Source of the DNA: Myxococcota bacterium
Lineage (GTDB): Bacteria > Myxococcota_A > Bradymonadia > UBA7976 > UBA1532
Direction: 5' to 3'
Assembly (NCBI GenBank): GCA_036337435.1
Contig: JAYZEG010000028.1
Location: forward strand, 54,507-118,506
Length of the DNA: 64,000 nt
Shown here in pieces: positions 48,774 through 59,040 of the stretch; position 1 is the stretch's first letter; each line of letters starts with the position of its first letter. A program made the translations under genes and the position numbers. The notes under the pieces are model-generated. The model was not told the origin of the DNA and did not search any database. It worked only from the letters and a program-made list of their open reading frames with translations.

Positions 48774-49031
48774 ATGGCGGTCAAGATCAGACTACAACGA
48801 TTTGGTTCGAAGAAGCGTCCTTACTATCGAATCGTGGCTGCGGATGGCCGCATGCCTCGTGATGGACGGTTTCTCGAGCAGATAGGAACCTATAATCCAA
48901 TGAAGGATCCGGACGAGATTCGGTTCAAGACTGATAGACTGGAACACTGGCTCTCCGTCGGTGCTCAGCCCAGTGATACGGTCGCGAGCTTGGTGAGGCG
49001 GTACCGCCGCTCACAACCGGCGGCGGAATAA
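48774..49031 (+). CDS. rpsP: 30S ribosomal protein S16
   Basis: [44 protein letters not shown]. Confidence 0.98.
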   Translation: MAVKIRLQRFGSKKRPYYRIVAADGRMPRDGRFLEQIGTYNPMKDPDEIRFKTDRLEHWLSVGAQPSDTVASLVRRYRRSQPAAE

Positions 49032-49032
49032 C

Positions 49033-49275
49033 TTGGCTTCCTTGGTTGAACTCACCGAATTCCTTGTTCGCGCCATCGTACGAGAGCCCGATGCTGTGTC
49101 AGTCCATAACGCTGAGCGGAATGGAAACCCGGTCCTCGTAATCAACGTAGATGAGCAGGACCGAGGTGCTGTGATCGGGCGACAAGGTCGTACCATCAAA
49201 GCCATTGAGACGGTCCTGGATGCTGCATCGGCGGGTGCTGAACGACGACCGGGTCTCGACGTACAAACGAGCTAG
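49033..49275 (+). CDS. khpA: KH-domain RNA-binding protein KhpA
   Basis: DRGAVIGRQGRTIKAI; position between rpsP and rimM. Confidence 0.9.
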   Translation: MASLVELTEFLVRAIVREPDAVSVHNAERNGNPVLVINVDEQDRGAVIGRQGRTIKAIETVLDAASAGAERRPGLDVQTS

Positions 49276-49280
49276 CCGCA

Positions 49281-49796
49281 ATGAAAGTGGCACTTGGGCG
49301 CTTTGGTCGTCCGCACGGGGTACGAGGGGAAATTCGGTTCTGGCCATTCAATCGGTCGAGCCCACTCTTGGAAGCAAAGAGGGCGATTCATGTTGGCTCG
49401 AACGCCGAGCAACTTGAACGTCTTCACCTCGATGGGATCCGCTTTGATGCAAAGAGTGCGCTGTGTCGGTTTCAGGGCATCTCAGATCGGGATGTGGTCA
49501 GTCGCCTAACCAACCTTTTTTGGTTTGAAGCACGGGAATCGTTTCCGCCGCTGGCAGACGACGAAGTCTACTTCACTGACCTCATCGGGTTGCATGTGGT
49601 CACCGAGGCCGGTCAAAGTGTCGGCCGTATCAAAGACGTGCTCGATACTGGACCCGCAGAGATCTTTGTGATCGACAGACAAGGGCAGGAGGCTATGCTG
49701 CCCAATGTCGAAGAGTTTATTGTGCGAATGGACCTTGAGGGCGGCGTGATGGTCGTTGCACCGCCATCTGGACTGATCGACGGGATTGGAGACTGA
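49281..49796 (+). CDS. rimM: 16S rRNA processing protein RimM
   Basis: G-FGRPHGVRGE, DEVYFTDLIGL-V, PRC barrel. Confidence 0.93.
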   Translation: MKVALGRFGRPHGVRGEIRFWPFNRSSPLLEAKRAIHVGSNAEQLERLHLDGIRFDAKSALCRFQGISDRDVVSRLTNLFWFEARESFPPLADDEVYFTDLIGLHVVTEAGQSVGRIKDVLDTGPAEIFVIDRQGQEAMLPNVEEFIVRMDLEGGVMVVAPPSGLIDGIGD

Positions 49797-49800
49797 GTTT

Positions 49801-50538
49801 ATGCGCTTTGTCGTAGCGACTTTGTTCCCAGACCTGGTAGAAAACTACGTCAAACAAGGCGTGGTAGGCCGGGCCGTCAGCAAAGGAATTGTGGGCGTTG
49901 AAACGATCGATATTCGGTCTTTTTCAACAAATAGACACCGGACGGTCGATGATGTGCCGTTTGGTGGTGGTGCAGGCATGGTGTTGATGCCGGAGCCGGT
50001 CGCGCAGGCGATCGAGTCGGCGGGCACTGTGTCGCGTACTGTCTTATTGACGCCGTCAGGGCGCCAATTTAGACAAGCCGATGCAGAGACCTGGTCTCAG
50101 CTCGACTCGATTTTGCTCGTGTGTGGCCGTTACGAGGGCATTGACCAGCGAATTCGGGACGATTTTGTGGACGATTCTGTTTCGATCGGCGATTACGTAC
50201 TTTCGGGTGGCGAGTTGGGTGCACTTGTGGTACTTGACGCGACCTTGAGACTGGTGCCGGGTGTTTTGGGCAATGCTCAGTCGGTGCAGTCGGAGTCTTA
50301 TACGGACTCCTTGTTAGAACACCCGCACTACACACGGCCAGCCGAATGGCGTGGCCGCGATGTCCCAGAGGTTTTGCTGAGTGGGCATCATGGTAAAATT
50401 GCTGAGTGGCGTCGGTTAAAAGCTTTGGAGCGAACGGCGGTGCTGAGACCGGATTTATTAAACGAGGCGTGTCTCACGCGAAAAGAAAAAGCACAATTGG
50501 CCAACCTGTCGTTGGTCAGTGGTCCTGAGGAGACCTGA
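49801..50538 (+). CDS. trmD: tRNA (guanine37-N1)-methyltransferase
   Basis: TLFP, VDD-PFGGG-GMV, CGRYEGIDQR, SIGDYVLSGGE, YTRP, VLLSGHH. Confidence 0.97.
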   Translation: MRFVVATLFPDLVENYVKQGVVGRAVSKGIVGVETIDIRSFSTNRHRTVDDVPFGGGAGMVLMPEPVAQAIESAGTVSRTVLLTPSGRQFRQADAETWSQLDSILLVCGRYEGIDQRIRDDFVDDSVSIGDYVLSGGELGALVVLDATLRLVPGVLGNAQSVQSESYTDSLLEHPHYTRPAEWRGRDVPEVLLSGHHGKIAEWRRLKALERTAVLRPDLLNEACLTRKEKAQLANLSLVSGPEET

Positions 50539-50539
50539 G

Positions 50540-50887
50540 ATGAGCATATTAAAATCGATCGAGAACGACTACATTCGAGACGACCTTCCTACGTTTCGTG
50601 TCGGTGACAACATTCGTGTCAACGTCCGGATCCGTGAGGGCGAAAAAGAACGTATTCAGGCATTCGAGGGCGTATGTCTTCGACGTCACAATGCAGGTGT
50701 CACGAGCACATTCACAGTGCGTAAAATGAGCAGCGGCATTGGCGTCGAGCGCATCTTTCCCCTGCACAGCCCGCTCATTGAGAGCATTACCGTCGTTCGT
50801 TCCGGCCGCGTTCGCCAAGCTCGCATCTACTACATGCGGAACCGATCCGGCAAGGCCGCTCGTATCAAAGAGCGCAGACAGCGTTAG
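50540..50887 (+). CDS. rplS: 50S ribosomal protein L19
   Basis: F-VGD, EGEKERIQAFEG, FTVRK-S-GIGVERIFP-HSP, G-VRQARIYY. Confidence 0.98.
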   Translation: MSILKSIENDYIRDDLPTFRVGDNIRVNVRIREGEKERIQAFEGVCLRRHNAGVTSTFTVRKMSSGIGVERIFPLHSPLIESITVVRSGRVRQARIYYMRNRSGKAARIKERRQR

Positions 50888-51051
50888 AGCGGCTGCGGCG
50901 TCCAGTGCTAACTCGGGTCGTTGGGTTGGGCTTGGCGGTATCCACATGAAAGCAATTCTGGCATCTGACTTGAGTCGGAACCCTTTCGTTGCGCTTTATT
51001 TCTACATCCCAGACGGCGGGGTTCGTACCGAGTCGTCCTGGATGAACCCGA

Positions 51052-51729
51052 GTGCGCAGATTGAACCAACTTACTTTTTTTGAACAAACAGCTCCCATGG
51101 GACCAATGGGGTCAGCCGACCGGTGGGCGAAAGAACAATTTCCGTTCTCTGTCGTGGTCGGTGTTGATGAGGCAGGTCGAGGTCCGCTGGCCGGGCCCGT
51201 TGTTGCTGCAGCAGTCGTATTACCCGACGGCAATTTACCCAGCTCGTTTACCCGTCTTGATGATAGCAAGAAACTAACCAGTAAAACTCGAGGTCTCCTT
51301 GAACCGCAGATTATGAAGGAGGCGATCGCGACTGGGGTCGGGATCAGCAGTGCCCGAGAGATCGATGAAATCAACATACTGAATGCGACCCACCGTGCTA
51401 TGCGTCGTGCAATCGACCAAGTCATAAAGGGTGTCGGGCCACGTGAGACAGTCTGCTTGATCGACGGCAATCGGCCGATTCCGAATTTTGAGTCACGGCA
51501 AATCACCTTGGTCAAGGGCGACCAGAGAAGTCTCGCTATCGCGGCAGCCAGTATCCTCGCAAAGGAACATCGTGACCGTCTTATGGATGACCTTCACAAG
51601 GCGTACCCACACTATGGGTTCGATCGGCATCGTGGTTACGGGACGCGTCAGCATCGAGTCGCCCTGACGCGCTACGGGGTGACGCCAGTACACCGCGTAA
51701 CTTTTAAATGGGCTCCCATCGATGAGTAG
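51052..51729 (+). CDS. rnhB: ribonuclease HII
   Basis: GVDEAGRGPLAGPVVAAAV, DSKKL, EIDEINILNAT, IDGN, KGD, IAAASILAK, GYGT. Confidence 0.96.
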   Translation: MRRLNQLTFFEQTAPMGPMGSADRWAKEQFPFSVVVGVDEAGRGPLAGPVVAAAVVLPDGNLPSSFTRLDDSKKLTSKTRGLLEPQIMKEAIATGVGISSAREIDEINILNATHRAMRRAIDQVIKGVGPRETVCLIDGNRPIPNFESRQITLVKGDQRSLAIAAASILAKEHRDRLMDDLHKAYPHYGFDRHRGYGTRQHRVALTRYGVTPVHRVTFKWAPIDE

Positions 51730-52096
51730 ACGAAAAGTCTTGGGAGAGGTCGCCGAGCAGAAAGCGGCTGACCATCTTCTTGAATGCGGCTACGAAGTGC
51801 TTGAGCGCAATTGGATGTGTCGTCAAGGCGAAATCGACCTGGTTGCTCGCCACCAAGATACGTTGATTTTTGTTGAAGTCCGTTCGACAAGCACCGCCTT
51901 CTTGGTTGGTGCTGACGTGACCATAACAGCGCAAAAGCAACGTCGCGTTTGTATTGCGGCTGACCTTTGGCTCGACCGGCATGCACCGGCGCACCGAGAC
52001 GTTCGTTTTGACGTCATTACAGTCCAGCATGGCGCGTCTACAGTGAATGGCCTCGAACACTATGAGGACGCTTTTACTGCACCTTGGGCGATCTGA
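51722..52096 (+). CDS. yraN: YraN (UPF0102) family endonuclease-like protein
   Basis: G--AE--A---L--GY--LERNW---GEIDLVA, FVEVR, RFDVI. Confidence 0.92.
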   Translation: MSRRKVLGEVAEQKAADHLLECGYEVLERNWMCRQGEIDLVARHQDTLIFVEVRSTSTAFLVGADVTITAQKQRRVCIAADLWLDRHAPAHRDVRFDVITVQHGASTVNGLEHYEDAFTAPWAI

Positions 52097-52173
52097 AACC
52101 CAAGGACTGATTATCGTATGCACCCATTGCTATAAAGAGCGACTATCCTTAGGATGTCACTGAGTTTGGAAAG

Positions 52174-52608
52174 ATGGCGGTGGTCATGACGCAGCGATTT
52201 CATCAATGGATTATTTTATTTTTTGCCCTAGGCGTTTTGGCGGCCGTTGGTTGTGACTCCGGTTTCGGTGAACCGTGCGCGATTCCAAAAACAGAAGCTT
52301 TCCGCCAAGCTTGTGAAGACAGTGCCGGTGTTCAGGATGAAAACGAAGACGAGACCTCCATCATGATGTCCTCGACAGCTTCATGCGCAATTCGTAACTA
52401 CGCGGGATGCTCCACACGAGTTTGCCTCGTCTATAAAGGGGCAGAACCCATTTGCTCGACGATATGCAGTGCCGATGGCGACTGTGAAGGCAGTGCTAAA
52501 TGTCGTCCGCTCATCGGTGACGAATATGTTGATGGGGTCACGTGCAATCCAGAAATGGGTGGCACAAGTGAATGTTACTGTGTGCGCAAAGGTGATGTGA
52601 ACGGTTAG
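52174..52608 (+). CDS. cglC: Cys-rich lipoprotein, CglC/GltK-like adventurous gliding protein
   Basis: lipobox AVGC; G-PC...C-TRVCLV...CS--C--D-DC pattern; position upstream of gltC. Confidence 0.6.
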   Translation: MAVVMTQRFHQWIILFFALGVLAAVGCDSGFGEPCAIPKTEAFRQACEDSAGVQDENEDETSIMMSSTASCAIRNYAGCSTRVCLVYKGAEPICSTICSADGDCEGSAKCRPLIGDEYVDGVTCNPEMGGTSECYCVRKGDVNG

Positions 52609-52814
52609 TCTGTGCAAAGCGCAGGTCGCAGGTCTTGTTGACATGAATATGCCCAGACCGGGGTCTGCACCGGAATGGATCTTGGCGCGCCTTAGTGTCA
52701 CAAAGTCAGCTCGGCCAACCAGTGGATCGGACAGAGAGGGCGGGGTAATCTGGCGGTTTTCCTTTGGATTCGGCAGGTACCTTTGTATACATAGTGCACA
52801 GACGATCTTTTCTA

Positions 52815-52843
52815 TTGAGAACAGGGCTGATCAAGTAGATAAT
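52815..52843 (+). promoter_or_regulatory. candidate sigma70 promoter of the glt operon
   Basis: TTGAGA-N17-GATAAT; AGGAGG RBS before ATG 52883. Confidence 0.45.
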
Positions 52844-52882
52844 TTTGGCTCTGCCGCACTCATGTTCAGGAGGAACACCTTA

Positions 52883-54457
52883 ATGCGTATTTGCCCTTGG
52901 CTCATAGTGGCTTTCGCACTGTTATCGCCCACCTACGCCATGGCTCAAGACGATGACCTCACACTCGAGACGGTTCGCCTTGAAGAAGACCCGCAGGCGA
53001 AGATGGTCATGGACTCTGCCATTAAGGCTTACAAAAGCGACAACTTTCTGCGAGCTAGCTTACTGCTCTACGACCTCGTCGCGCGCCATGAGACAGCTGT
53101 AGGCGATTATGAACAGAAGGCCGAGTACACATTGGGAAAGACGCTTTATCGCCTCGAGCTTTATCAAGCGTCACTTAACTTTTTCGATCGGGTCGTCAAT
53201 GCTGGGCCTGACCATCGATACTTTAAAGCAACGTGTAAGTGGATCTATTATTTGTCGCGAAAGATTTCCGGGGATCCGGGTCTGCTCGAGAAAATGGCTA
53301 AATTCCGTCCCGCTGATTGCCCACGGGAATTTAGGAGTGAATTGTCTTTTCTGGTCGGCCAATACCATTACAAGCGCGGTGCGATTAAAACGGCTTTGAA
53401 ACACCTCAAAACGGTTAGCCAGCAAAGCCGATATTTCCCCAAAGCGAAGTTTTTGGAAGGCATTAGTTATGTGCGATTGGAGCAACCGAGACCCGCAGTT
53501 GCAGCTTTCAAAGACTTGATGCGGGCAACCGTTGATGCATCCAAGGGCAATACGGCGACAGAAGATTTGAAGTACTTTAATCAGTTGGCCATTTTAAGCA
53601 TGGCACGGGTGTTCTACAGCACCGGTCAATATGCTAATGCGGCCAAATACTACGATAAAATCGGCCAAGATAGCACGCTGTGGCTAAACGCGCTCTTCGA
53701 AGCAAGCTGGACGAATTATATGTGGGACAACCATGAGAAGGCTCTCGGAAACCTTCACACGTTAAATTCACCATTCTTCAGCGAAGAATACGTTCCGGAA
53801 GCGGGGATTTTAGAAGCCGTTATTTTTTATGCAAACTGTAATTTTCAGAAAGCACGGGAAGCTGTGCAGTCTTTCCTCGTAACTTATGAGCCCCTTCGCG
53901 ACGAGATTCGGGGTTATTTGCAGGATCTTCGAGAACCGGCTGAATTGTATAACTTTCTCGGTAAATTGCAGGACAGTGGCTCGGCGATTTCGCCGCGCGT
54001 GAGTCAAATATTAAGTGCCGCCTTCGGTGACAAGACACTCAAGCGGATCAATGCCTATATTCGAGAGTTAGACCGCGAAACACGCATGGTTGAAAATTCC
54101 AAGAGCACGTGGGCAAGAAGTCAATTGGCGCAGAAGATCATCACGGACACTGAAGTCATCAAATCGCTCGCAGTTCATGAAGGCGGTACCCTTGCACGCA
54201 AGCGGCTACAACGTGTCGTCGATGAACTCACAAGGCTCATATCCGATGCCAGGAAGATCGATTTTGAAATTACATCGGCAGAAAAAGTCGGACTCGAAGC
54301 GCAGCTTTTGGGTGCCGCGAAACAGAAGGAACGCCGGCGGAAGGGCTCCATCTATGCAACGGACGACGAGCATATCTACTGGTCATACAACGGTGAATAC
54401 TGGCGCGACGAATTAGGATATTACTTGTATACGATTAAGTCGGAGTGTGGTCGATGA
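52883..54457 (+). CDS. gltC: adventurous gliding motility TPR protein GltC
   Basis: signal peptide; ALFEASW, ALGNLHTLNSPFF; C-terminal DDEH-YW-YNGEYWRDELGYY----SEC. Confidence 0.85.
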   Translation: MRICPWLIVAFALLSPTYAMAQDDDLTLETVRLEEDPQAKMVMDSAIKAYKSDNFLRASLLLYDLVARHETAVGDYEQKAEYTLGKTLYRLELYQASLNFFDRVVNAGPDHRYFKATCKWIYYLSRKISGDPGLLEKMAKFRPADCPREFRSELSFLVGQYHYKRGAIKTALKHLKTVSQQSRYFPKAKFLEGISYVRLEQPRPAVAAFKDLMRATVDASKGNTATEDLKYFNQLAILSMARVFYSTGQYANAAKYYDKIGQDSTLWLNALFEASWTNYMWDNHEKALGNLHTLNSPFFSEEYVPEAGILEAVIFYANCNFQKAREAVQSFLVTYEPLRDEIRGYLQDLREPAELYNFLGKLQDSGSAISPRVSQILSAAFGDKTLKRINAYIRELDRETRMVENSKSTWARSQLAQKIITDTEVIKSLAVHEGGTLARKRLQRVVDELTRLISDARKIDFEITSAEKVGLEAQLLGAAKQKERRRKGSIYATDDEHIYWSYNGEYWRDELGYYLYTIKSECGR

Positions 54458-57400
54458 ATCGGCTCAATTTAGGCCTGGCTCTGTGTCTGGTTAGTTTCGG
54501 GTTTAGTGGCCAAGTCGCGTTCGCTCAGGACGTCGGAAATCGGGCGATTCCAAAAGCCGTAAAAAAGAATAAGACAAAGCGGCGAGGGGCGGCTGCGGAC
54601 CGAGGTCCAAAGATCCGCAGTGAGGCATTCTTTAGAAAACGGACGCGGACGTTGGTCAATGACAAGTGGCGGCAGCTGTTTAAGCAGCTTAAAAAGATCA
54701 TTGCCTCCACACCAGATTCGGATCCAGCCAAGCCTGAGCTGTACTATCGATTGTCTGAGCTGTTTCGAGAACGCGCCGCCGCTATCAGCATCCGTGCCTT
54801 CGAGGCGGAGGACGCTTGCCTTGAGAAAGCGGAGCTAGAGGCTCAGCAAATCGAATGTGAAAACAAGAAGGCAGCCACGGTTAAATCGTCGCAGAAATAT
54901 CGGGATAAAGCCATCGAGCTTTATATGTATATTGCGCAGAATTTCCCTCAGTACCCGAGGCTCGATAACGTTCTATACGCTCTGGCTTTCAATTATCAGC
55001 AGAAAGGTCAGCCGGATAAGGCTAAAAAGATCTACAGCGTCTTGATAACCAAGTTTCCACGCTCCGAGCGTGTGCCGGACACCCTCGTCAACTTTGGTGA
55101 GATTTTGTTTCAAGACGGCCAAGCCGATAAGGCAGCCCGAATCTACAAGAAAGTGATCGCGAGTCACAAAGATTCAGCCGTCTACGGTTATGCACGATAC
55201 AAGCTAGGTTGGTGTCACTTCAACATGGGGCTTTACACCGAGGCACTGACCGACTTTCTGGAGGTTGTCAAATACAGTGACAAACAGCGAGGTGGTGGCC
55301 GTAACAAGCTTGTTCTCAAGCGTGAGGCCATCAGAGATATTGTCAAAACGTATGTTCATATAGACAAAGCAACGCCTAAGAAAGCATTGACCTTTTTTCG
55401 AAAGATTGCACCCGATCAATATCTCGACCTGTGCGAGAAACTCGCACGATTGTACGCCGATAAGGGTAAGTTCAAGCGGTCTAATCAGATGTATGGCGAG
55501 CTGATTAAGGTCAAGAAATCAAGCTACCGTGTTGTCAGCTACCAGCGTGCCATCATCGAAAATGCAGAAAGTCTCGGTAAACAGGTTGATTCGGTGAGAG
55601 AGCTGAAACGCTTAGTAAGCCTATGGAAACGCGCTCAGAAAGCCAACGACGCCGAACCGAAACGAGTCGCGCAGGACAAGAAAGGCATCGAGGCGTTACT
55701 CAGACGACTCGCCACGCAATATCATCGGCAGGCTTCAAAAACCAAATCCGATGAAGACTACAACATCGCCTACGAACTCTATGTCGATTATATGAAGACC
55801 TTCGCCGGTGGCCGGGATTCCTATGATATGGGGTATTACTTTGCCGAGCTCCTGATGACCCTTCAAAAGTGGGGTGAAGCGGCTGAAAACTATGAAAAAA
55901 TACTGGCCCAAAAGCCGGATGGTGAGCATTCAAAAGATGCGGCCAGTAGTGTTGTCGTGGCATACAAGAAACTCTTGAACATCACGCGGTCGAAGACTGC
56001 CGCCAGCACCATCAAAGGGGGCGATGGGAATAGCGGTGAAAATCTTTCTCCAAAGCCGATATCGAAGCCAAAACAGAAGTTCATCGACGCCAATAAACGG
56101 TATCTAAAGTATGTTCGCGGTCAGTCGATCGAGACCGATATTAGTTATGACATCGCATTGATTTACTTCGACGCAAACCAGTTCGATAAGGCAATTCCCA
56201 GATTTAAAGAGATTGCCGAGAACAAACCAAAGCATGAATTGGCCGTATATGCAGCGAATTACCTACTCGATAGTTACGTCTTACAGAAGGACTATACAGC
56301 ACTCAATCAGGCGGCTAAATCTCTGAGCAGTCGATTCGCACCTGATGCGCATCCTGAACTGGTCTCACGGATGACAGACATTAAGCAAAACGCCACCTTC
56401 AATAAATGCTTGGAAATCGAGGGCAAAGGCAAGCGGATCGCTGCAGCTGAATGCTTCTTGCGCTACGCGCAGGAGTTCCCGGAGTCCAAATATCTGGCAA
56501 AAGCGTTCTTAAATGCGGCCGTCAATTATGAAAAAGAACGACAGATCGAGAAATCAATCCGGGCACTGATGCTGATTGTCAATAAAGCAAGCGACAGTGA
56601 AGAAATGCCAAAAGCACTGTTTCAGATTGCTAAGAATTTAACCAATTTGGCCATTTACGGAAGTGCAAGTAAGGCATACGAATTCTATGCGAAGAAATTT
56701 CCAGGAGATGACAAGGCTCTGATTGCACTACAGAATGCCGCATTTTATCGCATGGGTCTCGGCGAATACGACAAGGCCATCGAAAATTACCAGACCTACA
56801 TGAAACTGGTCGGTAAGAAAGATAAAGCAAAGGCAGCTGAGGTCTATTTTTCCATTGGGAAGATTTACGAGCAGCGCAAGCAATGGGCGAAAGTCGTATC
56901 CCACTACAAGAAATTTCTAAAAAACAATGCCAAGGACAGCACCCCTGATTTAGAGATTGATGCATTTACGCGGATTGGCAATGCATATTGGGAGCAGTCA
57001 AAGCCTTTTCTTCGCCGTAAACGAAAAGATTGGAAAAACTTCGACATGTTGAATCGGGCCGCCCAGCGTGCTTATAACTCAGCTTATCAGGTTTTCTCCG
57101 CATTGAGTTTAGATGAGAAAAAGAAGTTGACCAGTGGGATAGCGTCGGTTTCGGAAGCGCGATTTCGAAATGGTGAGTCCATTTACATAAACATCAAATA
57201 CCGAACGAAACTCAGGCCCCGAATGTATCGCAAGGTGGATAAATTCATTGCAGCGATGGTCGAAGAAATTAAAAAACGAGGCACCCTGATTGAGTCGGCT
57301 CGTAAAATCTACGGTGAGGTGATTAAACTCCAATCCCCAAATTGGGCCATTGCGGCGACGGCGCGTCAGGGAGAAATGCTCGAAGCCCTGTCCAATGCCA

Positions 57401-57702
57401 TTTACGAATATCCGGCACCACCGTCGTTTACAGAAGACCAACAGGAGGCGTTCAAGGGGACATTGACGGACCGTGCTGAAGCCTACCGAACGCAAGCGAT
57501 CGAGGCCTATATGCTGTGCATGAAGACTGCGCAGGAACTGCAATGGTTCAATTCCTATTCAGACAACGCGGAAAAACGCTTGTCGATTCTCGATCCCGGC
57601 AAGTACCGATATAATGCTGAGGTCAGAGCGACCCCGACGAATTTTGGGCCGCCGACAATAGCACCACCGGTGATTCGCTCGCTTCAGGAGTATGCAAAAT
57701 GA
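54454..57702 (+). CDS. gltD: large TPR gliding motility protein GltD (AgmU-like)
   Basis: 1082-aa TPR array; FP-YPR-D-VLY-LA, YARYKLGWC-FN, W-IAA-AR-G, WFN-YS; ATGA coupling to gltC. Confidence 0.8.
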   Translation: MNRLNLGLALCLVSFGFSGQVAFAQDVGNRAIPKAVKKNKTKRRGAAADRGPKIRSEAFFRKRTRTLVNDKWRQLFKQLKKIIASTPDSDPAKPELYYRLSELFRERAAAISIRAFEAEDACLEKAELEAQQIECENKKAATVKSSQKYRDKAIELYMYIAQNFPQYPRLDNVLYALAFNYQQKGQPDKAKKIYSVLITKFPRSERVPDTLVNFGEILFQDGQADKAARIYKKVIASHKDSAVYGYARYKLGWCHFNMGLYTEALTDFLEVVKYSDKQRGGGRNKLVLKREAIRDIVKTYVHIDKATPKKALTFFRKIAPDQYLDLCEKLARLYADKGKFKRSNQMYGELIKVKKSSYRVVSYQRAIIENAESLGKQVDSVRELKRLVSLWKRAQKANDAEPKRVAQDKKGIEALLRRLATQYHRQASKTKSDEDYNIAYELYVDYMKTFAGGRDSYDMGYYFAELLMTLQKWGEAAENYEKILAQKPDGEHSKDAASSVVVAYKKLLNITRSKTAASTIKGGDGNSGENLSPKPISKPKQKFIDANKRYLKYVRGQSIETDISYDIALIYFDANQFDKAIPRFKEIAENKPKHELAVYAANYLLDSYVLQKDYTALNQAAKSLSSRFAPDAHPELVSRMTDIKQNATFNKCLEIEGKGKRIAAAECFLRYAQEFPESKYLAKAFLNAAVNYEKERQIEKSIRALMLIVNKASDSEEMPKALFQIAKNLTNLAIYGSASKAYEFYAKKFPGDDKALIALQNAAFYRMGLGEYDKAIENYQTYMKLVGKKDKAKAAEVYFSIGKIYEQRKQWAKVVSHYKKFLKNNAKDSTPDLEIDAFTRIGNAYWEQSKPFLRRKRKDWKNFDMLNRAAQRAYNSAYQVFSALSLDEKKKLTSGIASVSEARFRNGESIYINIKYRTKLRPRMYRKVDKFIAAMVEEIKKRGTLIESARKIYGEVIKLQSPNWAIAATARQGEMLEALSNAIYEYPAPPSFTEDQQEAFKGTLTDRAEAYRTQAIEAYMLCMKTAQELQWFNSYSDNAEKRLSILDPGKYRYNAEVRATPTNFGPPTIAPPVIRSLQEYAK

Positions 57703-58922
57703 TGTACTCAGCGCATCGTATTGTCATTGTGGTTAGCATCTTGACCTTGGTGGCTTGTGGCGGTCAACAAGTCGTCGAACCAGAGTTGGGCGCGGGCCCG
57801 GCCGGAGCAGATCAGTCGACGGCGAGTCGCCCCAAACCACCTGTTGTTAAGCGACAGGCGAAAGACCTGTTTAATGAGGCCATGTCGAATTATCGGCCAG
57901 GTGGTGGGAAGGCTCTGGCGAAGAAGACCTTGCGATTGTTGAAAGACGCCGTTGATGAAGATCCCAGCTTTGGTGCCGCATACCTCAACATAGGCCGCAT
58001 TTTTGAGGCGATGGGAGACCTAGATAAGGCCGCCGATTATTATCAACAAGCTTTTGCAAAGGGTAAGAACTTCGCTGATGGTATTGCTAACTATGGTCGG
58101 ATTCTGATGATTCGTGGAGAGACCGGCCAGGCGAGGGCGCAATTCGAAAAAGCCCTTCAGATCGACGAGTATAATGCTGAAGCCTTGCTCAATCTGGCTC
58201 AAGATGACCGGCTCAGGAAAGATTTCGATACCGCTAGGAAACGTATTCGAAAAGCACTTAAAGGCAATGAGAAAAATCCCAAAGCCTATGCCGTTCTCGC
58301 CCGCGTGTACTACGACATGGGTCGGGACGACTTGGTCAAATTGGTTTGCATAACCGGGCTAAAGATCGATCCTGATTATGCAGACCTCAACAACACATTA
58401 GGTCTCGTTCACTTGAAGAAAGATGACGTGCGCAGCGCATTGATCGCATTTGAAGCGGCAGCCAAAAGTGATCCTTCCTATGTACCAGCCCGACTGAACA
58501 TCGGTGCGATCACTTTTAATTACAGGGATTATGAGAAGAGTCTTGGGCACTTCGACGCGGTTGTAGCCATGCACCCAAAACATAAGGTCGGCCTGCTGTC
58601 TCGGGCGGCTGCGCTCCGTGGTCTTGAACGGTATGACGAAGCTGCCCGCGGCTATAAAGACGTGTTGACCATCGAAGGAACGCACCCGGGAGCGCATTTC
58701 AATTTGGGCGTTCTGTATCAGGAGTATTTGTCGAAGCCGGATCTTGCGATGACGCACTTCGATGCGGTCCTTGCAGCCGAGCGACAAGATGCTGCAATGC
58801 GCCGCGATGTCACCAATCGTATTAAGGCCATTCGGATAGAAATCCAGAACAAGAAAGAAGTCGAAGCAATGATGCGGCAGCAAAAGGCGGAGGAAGCTCA
58901 GCCTGAACCGCCGTCCAAGTAA
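57699..58922 (+). CDS. gltE: TPR lipoprotein GltE (AglT-like)
   Basis: lipobox LVAC; TPRs; ARLNIGA----RDY, AHFNLGVLYQ-Y; synteny. Confidence 0.8.
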   Translation: MMYSAHRIVIVVSILTLVACGGQQVVEPELGAGPAGADQSTASRPKPPVVKRQAKDLFNEAMSNYRPGGGKALAKKTLRLLKDAVDEDPSFGAAYLNIGRIFEAMGDLDKAADYYQQAFAKGKNFADGIANYGRILMIRGETGQARAQFEKALQIDEYNAEALLNLAQDDRLRKDFDTARKRIRKALKGNEKNPKAYAVLARVYYDMGRDDLVKLVCITGLKIDPDYADLNNTLGLVHLKKDDVRSALIAFEAAAKSDPSYVPARLNIGAITFNYRDYEKSLGHFDAVVAMHPKHKVGLLSRAAALRGLERYDEAARGYKDVLTIEGTHPGAHFNLGVLYQEYLSKPDLAMTHFDAVLAAERQDAAMRRDVTNRIKAIRIEIQNKKEVEAMMRQQKAEEAQPEPPSK

Positions 58923-59040
58923 GGCAATTGGCCTGAAACTAGTTGGCCCATTTGCTGTCTGATGCGGTTGGGGCTGGTGCTTCCGCCCTGTCTCGCTATA
59001 ATGGAAGCGAAGTTAGGTTGGTTTTTAGGGAGATTAAAGT

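Noticed and set aside
52643..52882. 80-aa N-terminal extension of gltC, and similar long 5' extensions at 24571, 34666, 36610 and 17410 in the ORF track
   Set aside because: Better downstream starts exist, supported by an RBS, signal peptide or stop/start coupling
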